64,000 bases of DNA. Origin: an uncultured Clostridia bacterium. GTDB lineage: Bacteria; Bacillota; Clostridia; TANB77; CAG-508. The notes under the pieces are model-generated. The model saw nothing but the letters and a program-made list of their open reading frames with translations. It had not been told where the DNA came from and ran no database searches. Positions 57,439-64,000 of the stretch are shown here, piece after piece. The stretch spans positions 9,675 through 73,674 of the forward strand of contig CAJFHE010000005.1 in NCBI GenBank assembly GCA_904378095.1. The letters run 5' to 3'. Position 1 is the stretch's first letter; every line of letters begins with the position of its first letter. The position numbers and the translations under genes were made by a program.

Positions 57439-57645
57439 CTACTCTGCTTCAAAGCCAGCATCTACAATAACTTCCTTTATTTCCTCTAAACTTATTTGGT
57501 TTTCGTCAAATTTTATTTCTGCTTTTGCTTCCTCAAAGCTAACTTTGGCATCTTCTACTCCATCTTGGTTATTTAATACTTTCTCCAGTCTTGTACTGCA
57601 TCCTGTACAATGCATTCCTTTAATTTTTAAACTTAGTTCTTTCAT
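57439..57645 (-). CDS. copZ: Copper chaperone CopZ (HMA domain)
   Basis: 68 aa with GMHCTGCSTRLEKVL, directly upstream of copA. Confidence 0.88.
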   Translation of the reverse strand: MKELSLKIKGMHCTGCSTRLEKVLNNQDGVEDAKVSFEEAKAEIKFDENQISLEEIKEVIVDAGFEAE

Positions 57646-57726
57646 AACTAAAACCTCCTTATATTTTTAGCAATTTAAGTGCGTCATAAATCATGACCTT
57701 AAATAATCTTTTATTCAAAATTTATA

Positions 57727-58623
57727 TCATTCTTCTCTTATCTTTTTTATAACTTCTGGCAAATATTTTACTGTATCCGATGCTATCATGCTTATGTCTG
57801 TAAATTTTTCTTGTGCTATTTCTCCTGCAACTCCATTCAAATATGCACCTGCTGCAACGGTTAATATATCTGGCTCATTATATCCAAGCAATCCTACCAA
57901 AATTCCAGACAGTACATCTCCACTTCCTGCTGTTGCCATACCAGGACATCCTCTTTTTACTAGATATACTTTTTCTCCATTTGTTACTATTGTTGTAGGG
58001 CCTTTTAGTAATAGAATAACTTTGTATTGTTTAGCAAAATCTTTTGCTATGGTTATCTCGTCTTTCTTTATATCTTCTATTTTTATTTTACTCAATCTTT
58101 CAAATTCTTTTAGATGTGGCGTAAGGATTACCTTACATTTTGTATCTTGCAAAATATGCATATCCATTTTAGCCAGTGTATTTAAACCATCCGCGTCTAT
58201 TACCACAGGTAGACTATAGTTGTTTAAAATATATTCTAGTATTTTTTCATATTCTTTTGATTGTCCCCAGCCCATACCTATTGCTAAAGCTTTTAATTTC
58301 GTTAGAGCCTCATCTATTTGTTTTCCTGAAAATACCATTTGTTCGTCCTTGTCTATCATTGGAAATATGGTTTGCTCTAATAAATATGGTGCTACTGCTT
58401 TTGCAATTCCTTTTGGTATAATTAATCTAACTACACCACAGCCTGCTCTCATAGCAGATGCACTTAAATTGGCTAGCTTTACTGCTCCTGAATATTCTAT
58501 GGAGCCTCCCATTATACCAACATAGCCAAAATTTCCTTTATTAGAGTTGCTTACTCTTTGAATAAAATTATCTTTTATATCCTCTTTTTCTATTTCGTAA
58601 GTAAATTCATTAATTTTTAGCAT
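57727..58623 (-). CDS. nnrD: ADP-dependent NAD(P)H-hydrate dehydratase (YjeF C-terminal type)
   Basis: 298 aa with ..KGNFGYVGIMGGS.., DADGLN and ATAGSGDVLSGI motifs. Confidence 0.85.
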   Translation of the reverse strand: MLKINEFTYEIEKEDIKDNFIQRVSNSNKGNFGYVGIMGGSIEYSGAVKLANLSASAMRAGCGVVRLIIPKGIAKAVAPYLLEQTIFPMIDKDEQMVFSGKQIDEALTKLKALAIGMGWGQSKEYEKILEYILNNYSLPVVIDADGLNTLAKMDMHILQDTKCKVILTPHLKEFERLSKIKIEDIKKDEITIAKDFAKQYKVILLLKGPTTIVTNGEKVYLVKRGCPGMATAGSGDVLSGILVGLLGYNEPDILTVAAGAYLNGVAGEIAQEKFTDISMIASDTVKYLPEVIKKIREE

Positions 58624-58647
58624 AAATTTTGATTCCTTCCTGAAAAT

Positions 58648-58836
58648 TTATAAAAGCATTATATCATAAAAATCAAAAAATGAATCATTAAATACTTCAT
58701 TTTTTAATAGACCTGAAAGCATTGCAATTCCCTGTTCTGTAAATGCATATGGTAAATAAACTTTCCCTCTATGTTTGCTATTTTCTTTTCTTGAACTGGT
58801 CGCAAATTGCGACCTTAGAAATTTATTGGTAATGCC
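58648..58836 (-). pseudogene. Relic of an ORF6N-domain gene (C-terminal fragment)
   Basis: Directly after and in frame with the stop of the GGDEF/EAL gene: GITNKFLRSQFATSSRKENSKHRGKVYLPYAFTEQGIAMLSGLLKNE...*. LRSQF..SS....YLPYAFTEQG(I/V)AMLS is the conserved ORF6N core. It has no start codon or N-terminal part. Confidence 0.6.
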
Positions 58837-61050
58837 CTATTTCTCTATATAACCTTCAAACTTCTCTTCTGGCATTGGTTTTGCATAATAATATCCTTGT
58901 ATTATGTCACAACCTTTTTCTAAAAGATAATCTCTTTGCTTCTTGTTTTCTACTCCTTCTGCAATGGTTATTAGCTTTAATTCTTTTGCCATTGTTAAGA
59001 TATAATCTATCATATTTTTCTCATTTTTGCCTATTCTATCTACAAAAGATTTATCTATTTTTAAGATATCTGCTGGCATATCTTGTAAAGTACTTAAAGA
59101 AGAATATCCTGTACCAAAGTCGTCTATAGAAATTAAAAATCCCAATGCTTTCATTTTATTCATTATTTCTATAATATCAATTCCCGCTTCTATCGTGGCA
59201 CTCTCTGTGATTTCCAAATCTATTTTACTAGTATCCACTCCATATTTTGCAGCTATCATCATATATTTTTCTAAAAAATGCTCATCCAAGAAATGCTCTC
59301 TGGATACGTTTACTGAAATAACAGGCTCCTTACCATATTTCTCTTTCCACATTTTCATATCGCTACATACTTGCTCAAAAACATATACATCTAATTTTAA
59401 AATGAACTTGTTTTTTTCAAATAATGGTATAAATTCACTTGGTGACACCATTTTCCCATTATGCTCCCATCTCACTAACGCCTCTGCTCCATATAACGTT
59501 TCATCTTTTACATATATTTTTGGCTGATAGTACACTTTAAACTCTTTATTTTCTAAAGCCTTATTCATCTCATGCTCTATTCTACTTTCTTTTTCTAACT
59601 CCTTTTCCATCTTTCCATCATATATATGATATTTGTCAAACACATCTCCTTTTGAAACAGAATGCGCTATTATAGCTTTATCCATTGCTTCTGCAATATT
59701 GTTATCTGAATCTGTTAATTTATATATTCCCATATTTACAGAAAGGTTATACACATTACTATCAATCTTTAAGTTTTCTATATTTCTAACCAGTTTGTTT
59801 ACTATTTTACGAATATTATCTTCATATTCAAATAATACTGCAAAATAGTCATTTGAGTATCTACTTATTAGACTTTCTTTTCCTAATATTTTCTCCAATT
59901 CCTCACCTATCCCATATAAAATAGTGTCTCCCATTTGATATCCATAGGCTTTGTTTATCATTTTAAATTTATTTATATCTAATACCGCAATGTATTGAGT
60001 AACATTACCTTCTTGTGCCTTTCGTTTTTCAAGTACTTCCTGACCTTTTTTTCTAAAATAATAGATATTACCTTTTTTAGTAACTGGGTCTATATATGCA
60101 TATTCAAATAATTGCTTTTGCTTTTTATTATTTGAAATTACTACATAAATACAAATAGACAAAATGATTAAAATTACTATTATAGCTAAAATAAAAGTAG
60201 TAAGAAGAGCACGATTTATCTCTCCTGCGATTGCTTTAGATGGTATAAATGTTGCAAGTGACCAATCATTTACTCCAATTGGCTCATAAACCATATAATA
60301 TTGCCCGTCTGTGGTTTGCAATCTTCTTGCTCCTGCCTCTTCATTCCTAATGTTTTCTTGTACTGTGCTTTTATTGGTTTTAAATCTTTCTTTTGAGCTT
60401 CCCACAAGCATTTGCTCTATATTATTTACTAAATTTCCTGTTCCTTTGTCTGTATTGGCACTTACAATAATAGCTCCATCCTTATCTACAATATAGCTAA
60501 AGCCTTTGCCTTCAAATATTTTATTCGAAAAAGTATCTTTGTATGAGTCTGTTTTTACAATCAAAAGAATTGCTATCTTTTCGTTTTCCAAATCAATCAT
60601 TTGAGAATATATGGTTATTTCCTCGCCGTCTATTCTGCTTTTCATATTTTCTGAAATGTGAATATCATTATCTGAGAAAAATTTTTCTACTTCATCAGAA
60701 TAATCTTTTTCGTAGCCATCATTTGTTATTGTTCTACCATCCTCATACATTATTGCCATTCTAATAAAATGACTTGTAATATCACTTCTTTCATACATAT
60801 CAAATATTTTTTTGCTATCCACAATATTATCCGCTAATATCTCATTTGTGATAGATTGCAAAATTGCCTTTTGCTCTGTTATCTCATTTTTCAGATTATC
60901 AGCATCATTTTTAACAATAGTTTCTATACTATTGTTCGTATTTGCTTCTATTCTATTTAACATATATGTCATATACGCTATTCCTACAGCTATAAGGAAT
61001 ACAAATATAAGAATAATAATTACAATTTGCTTTTTATTTTCTTTAGACAT
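58837..61050 (-). CDS. Membrane sensor protein with a Cache-like periplasmic domain, a degenerate GGDEF domain and an EAL c-di-GMP phosphodiesterase domain
   Basis: 737 aa with two TM helices flanking a roughly 260-aa outer domain. The GGDEF site reads SNDYF (..RYSNDYFAVLF..). EAL motifs are intact (EALVRW, DDFGTGYSSL, KIDKSF, EGVE, QGYYYAKP). Confidence 0.85.
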   Translation of the reverse strand: MSKENKKQIVIIILIFVFLIAVGIAYMTYMLNRIEANTNNSIETIVKNDADNLKNEITEQKAILQSITNEILADNIVDSKKIFDMYERSDITSHFIRMAIMYEDGRTITNDGYEKDYSDEVEKFFSDNDIHISENMKSRIDGEEITIYSQMIDLENEKIAILLIVKTDSYKDTFSNKIFEGKGFSYIVDKDGAIIVSANTDKGTGNLVNNIEQMLVGSSKERFKTNKSTVQENIRNEEAGARRLQTTDGQYYMVYEPIGVNDWSLATFIPSKAIAGEINRALLTTFILAIIVILIILSICIYVVISNNKKQKQLFEYAYIDPVTKKGNIYYFRKKGQEVLEKRKAQEGNVTQYIAVLDINKFKMINKAYGYQMGDTILYGIGEELEKILGKESLISRYSNDYFAVLFEYEDNIRKIVNKLVRNIENLKIDSNVYNLSVNMGIYKLTDSDNNIAEAMDKAIIAHSVSKGDVFDKYHIYDGKMEKELEKESRIEHEMNKALENKEFKVYYQPKIYVKDETLYGAEALVRWEHNGKMVSPSEFIPLFEKNKFILKLDVYVFEQVCSDMKMWKEKYGKEPVISVNVSREHFLDEHFLEKYMMIAAKYGVDTSKIDLEITESATIEAGIDIIEIMNKMKALGFLISIDDFGTGYSSLSTLQDMPADILKIDKSFVDRIGKNEKNMIDYILTMAKELKLITIAEGVENKKQRDYLLEKGCDIIQGYYYAKPMPEEKFEGYIEK

Positions 61051-61086
61051 TTTCGCCTCTCTATTTCCCTCTTAAAAAAACGATTT

Positions 61087-61944
61087 TTATTGATTTATCA
61101 TACTTTCTAACAAGTTTATTCTCTCCTCCATATCTCTTTTTCCATCTTCATATAACTTTTTTAGTTTTTCTCTATCTTTTTCGAGTCTAGATACAGTAAC
61201 AGGAATTTTTGGTGCAATTACCATTATTTTACCTTGCTTTTCTAACTCATTAATATGCACTTTTAAGTTATTGTACCTTTCTGGCATTGTACATAGTTTT
61301 TCCACTAAATTTGGATACTTATGATAAACCCTTTTATATACTTTTTTCATAGTATTAGAAATCTCTGGTTTTCTATAACCTCTATCTCGTGTTAAAACCA
61401 CCAAAATGTTTTTGTGACCTTGCTCTAACGCCCAATCTACTGGTATTGGCATTGTTACTGCTCCATCAAGATAGTGAGCATTTCCTATCTTGACCATTTT
61501 TGAGCAAAGTGGCATGCTAGAAGATGCTTGTACTACTTTAAATATATCATCTTTGCAATCATTTTTTTCTACATATTCAGTAATACCTTTTTCGCAATTT
61601 GTTATTACAGGAATAAATTTTTGCTCTGAAAATTTGAATGTTTCGTAATCAAAAGGATATGCTTTTTTAGACAAATCATCAAATAAATAATTATATCCAA
61701 TAATTCCTCCTTCTTTTCTTAGTGCTTTCATTCCTATGTATCTTGGATTGTCACAATTTTCTATATTTATTTTGGCACTTCGCTCTTGTTGCTTAGATAT
61801 GTAATTCATACCGGTTAGTGCTCCTGCTGATACTCCTAATACGTAATTTGCTTCAATTTTATATTTCATAAGTACATCCAATACTCCAGAGGTATATAAA
61901 CTTCGTAATGCTCCTCCCTCTAATACTAATGTTAAATCTTGCAT
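61087..61944 (-). CDS. Patatin-like phospholipase family protein
   Basis: 285 aa with an oxyanion GGALRS, the nucleophile elbow GVSAGA, and DGA further on. Confidence 0.8.
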   Translation of the reverse strand: MQDLTLVLEGGALRSLYTSGVLDVLMKYKIEANYVLGVSAGALTGMNYISKQQERSAKINIENCDNPRYIGMKALRKEGGIIGYNYLFDDLSKKAYPFDYETFKFSEQKFIPVITNCEKGITEYVEKNDCKDDIFKVVQASSSMPLCSKMVKIGNAHYLDGAVTMPIPVDWALEQGHKNILVVLTRDRGYRKPEISNTMKKVYKRVYHKYPNLVEKLCTMPERYNNLKVHINELEKQGKIMVIAPKIPVTVSRLEKDREKLKKLYEDGKRDMEERINLLESMINQ

Positions 61945-62135
61945 TTAATTTTCACCTTCTTAAAATTAAAAATTTATACATATTATAACATTTATTTATA
62001 ACTTTTCTAGTATAAATTTAAAATTTACTTATATTTTAACCATTACTTTTATTAATATTCTTTTTGTTAATTAATCTGTTAAAATAATTAATTTAGTGCT
62101 ATAATTAGTTTACAAAAAATAATGAGGGAAAAGCA

Positions 62136-62891
62136 ATGAATAAAAATGGGAAAATAGGAATATTTGATTCTGGCATAGGCGGAGTTACCGTTTTAAAAGA
62201 AATATTAAAAATACTACCAAATGAAAATTATATATATTTTAGTGATTCTAAAAATAATCCTTACGGAGATAAGACTGATGAGCAAATAAATTATTTATGT
62301 GAAAAAATTGTAAAGTTATTCATAAAAGAAAATTGTAAGGCAATCGTTATAGCCTGCAACACCGCAAGCGCAAAATCCGCCAAATATTTGAGGGAAAAAT
62401 ATCTGAATATGAAATTTATAGCAATAGAGCCGGCATATAAAATGGTGCATGATTATTCATATGATAATCCTACTTTAGTGATGGCAACTAAAGGGACTAT
62501 CCAAAGTGAAAAGTTTAATCTTTTATACCATAAATATGATAATCATAAAACAATATTACTTCCTTGCGTAGGTTTAGCTGATATAATAGAAAATGGTAAT
62601 AAGGAAAGAATTAGAGAATACTTAATAAATAATTTAGAGCAATATAAAGGCAAAATAAAAAATGTAGTTTTAGGTTGCACTCACTATCCATTAATACAAG
62701 ATTTAATAGTAGAAGTTTTAGGCGATGTTAAGTTCTTTAATGGAGCACCTTATTTAGCAAAACATTTAAAAGAAGTTCTAGTAGAAAATGATTTGATAAA
62801 TGAAAGCACATCAAGAGGAAATATAGTTTTTTTAGATTCCTCAAATGATGTGCAAAAACAAGAACGATTCTTTAATCTTATAAAGACCTAG
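62136..62891 (+). CDS. murI: Glutamate racemase
   Basis: 251 aa with IGIFDSGIGG, ACNTAS and GCTHYP motifs. Confidence 0.93.
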   Translation: MNKNGKIGIFDSGIGGVTVLKEILKILPNENYIYFSDSKNNPYGDKTDEQINYLCEKIVKLFIKENCKAIVIACNTASAKSAKYLREKYLNMKFIAIEPAYKMVHDYSYDNPTLVMATKGTIQSEKFNLLYHKYDNHKTILLPCVGLADIIENGNKERIREYLINNLEQYKGKIKNVVLGCTHYPLIQDLIVEVLGDVKFFNGAPYLAKHLKEVLVENDLINESTSRGNIVFLDSSNDVQKQERFFNLIKT

Positions 62892-62917
62892 CCGCTTTAC
62901 AAAGGGATTACATATGC

Positions 62918-62956
62918 AAAAAACCGTTATAAACTTATATGTTTATAACGGTTTTT
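62918..62956. terminator. Bidirectional terminator between the convergent murI and rny genes
   Basis: AAAAAACCGTTATAAAC-ttatat-GTTTATAACGGTTTTT. Confidence 0.8.
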
Positions 62957-62975
62957 GTATGTTTTGGGTCTATCC

Positions 62976-64000
62976 CTATTTAGCGTAATCTACAACTCTT
63001 GTCTCTCTAACAAGATTTACTTTTATTTGACCAGGATATTCCATTTCGTCTTCTACCTTTTTAGCGATATCTCTTGCCATAATAACCATTTTATCATCTG
63101 ATATTTTTTCTGGTTTAACAATAATTCTAATTTCTCTACCAGCTTGTATAGCAAAAGATTTTTCAACTCCGTCAAATGAATCTGCGATTTTTTCAAGAGT
63201 TTCTAGTCTCTTTATATAGTTTTCAAGAGTTTCACGTCTTGCACCAGGTCTTGATGCTGAAATAGCATCAGCTGCTTGTACTAAAACTGCTTCTATAGTT
63301 TGAGGCTCTACATCTCCATGGTGTGCTTGTACTGCATTTATTACTTTGTCATTTTCTTTATATTTTTTCAAAATTTCTACACCAATTTCAACATGTGTAC
63401 CTTCCATATCATGGTCTAATGCTTTACCTATATCATGTAATAAACCAGCACGTCTAGCTAGTTTTGGGTCTAACCCAAGCTCTTCTGCCATTATTCTAGC
63501 TAAATTAGACACTTCTATAGAATGATTTAATACGTTTTGTCCATAACTTGTCCTATATTTTAATTTTCCAATTAATTTAATTAAATCTGGATGTAAGCCT
63601 ACTACACCAGTTTCTAAGACAGCTCTTTCTCCTTCTTCTTTTATTGTATTTTCAACTTCTTCTTTTGCCTTTTCTACCATTTCCTCAATCTTAGCTGGAT
63701 GTATTCTTCCATCTTCAATTAATTTTTCAAGAGCAATTTTAGCAACTTCTCTTCTTAATGGGTCAAAGCCAGATATAACAACTGCTTCTGGTGTATCATC
63801 TATTATTAAATCGATTCCAGTTAATGTTTCTAAGGTCTTTATGTTTCTACCCTCTCTACCGATTATTCTTCCTTTCATATCATCATTTGGAAGTGATACA
63901 ATAGATACTGTAGTTTCAGATGTATGGTCTGCAGCACATTTTTGAATTGCATAACCAACAATTTCTCTTGCACTCTTTATTGCCTCTTCCTTAGTCTTAC
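62976..64000 (-). CDS. rny: Ribonuclease Y (partial; the N-terminus lies beyond the window end)
   Basis: KH region (..[20 protein letters not shown]..) and HD domain (..LLHDIGKA..). The frame stays open to position 64000. Confidence 0.92.
   Translation of the reverse strand, partial: KTKEEAIKSAREIVGYAIQKCAADHTSETTVSIVSLPNDDMKGRIIGREGRNIKTLETLTGIDLIIDDTPEAVVISGFDPLRREVAKIALEKLIEDGRIHPAKIEEMVEKAKEEVENTIKEEGERAVLETGVVGLHPDLIKLIGKLKYRTSYGQNVLNHSIEVSNLARIMAEELGLDPKLARRAGLLHDIGKALDHDMEGTHVEIGVEILKKYKENDKVINAVQAHHGDVEPQTIEAVLVQAADAISASRPGARRETLENYIKRLETLEKIADSFDGVEKSFAIQAGREIRIIVKPEKISDDKMVIMARDIAKKVEDEMEYPGQIKVNLVRETRVVDYAK

Noticed and set aside
55073-57726. A missing copper regulator (CsoR/CopY) and operator upstream of copZA
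   Set aside because: No regulator gene or recognisable operator (for example TACAnnTGTA) is visible in the 81-nt upstream spacer. Absence within one window is not informative.
58837-61944. The patatin-like phospholipase next to a c-di-GMP signalling protein as a CBASS-like defence pair
   Set aside because: There is no CD-NTase/cyclase, no effector-sensor fusion and no ancillary genes. The two genes have separate spacing and look like unrelated housekeeping or accessory genes.
1-64000. CRISPR arrays, rRNA genes, IS elements or integrases
   Set aside because: No regularly spaced direct repeats occur; the only tandem repeat is 27 bp x 2 inside a CDS. I saw no rRNA-like sequence and no transposase or recombinase translation in any frame I examined.

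Overview
AT-rich chromosomal segment from a spore-forming Firmicute that looks Clostridia-like. Hand-counted 60-nt lines mostly gave about 22-32% GC. I call about 65 genes, nearly all on the minus strand. The core content is ackA-pta, a cwlJ-gerQ germination pair, tRNA-Leu(GAG), smpB, fba, metG, glmM, argS, pfk, the full spoIIIAA-AH operon, yebC, two GT51 peptidoglycan glycosyltransferases, three PBP-type genes, copZA, murI and a partial rny. Findings, in order of interest: (1) A roughly 4.5-kb cassette (15471-20071) is bracketed by 84-nt direct repeats derived from the 5' coding part of the peroxiredoxin gene. It carries a tightly coupled operon: a small ORF, a SAMHD1-type HD protein, a Ham1/ITPase-like protein, a UDG-superfamily protein and RhuM. 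A second Ham1-like gene and HelD lie next to it. I flag this as a candidate nucleotide-pool or noncanonical-base surveillance module, possibly anti-phage, that I cannot assign to a named system. (2) A dispersed family of intergenic repeats is built on GGGACAG/CTGTCCC cores around hairpins. (3) An unusual number of reading frames are interrupted: an acyltransferase-3 gene, cwlJ, spoIIIAE, an MBOAT gene and a C1q/BclA-C-like gene. There are also gene relics, namely a prx fragment and an ORF6N fragment. (4) An ECF sigma/RsiV-like pair is embedded in an envelope acylation locus. (5) A PIN-PhoH protein appears to have a degenerate PIN active site. I found no CRISPR array, rRNA, integrase or transposase. 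All calls come from reading the translations and sequence by eye; no database search was possible.
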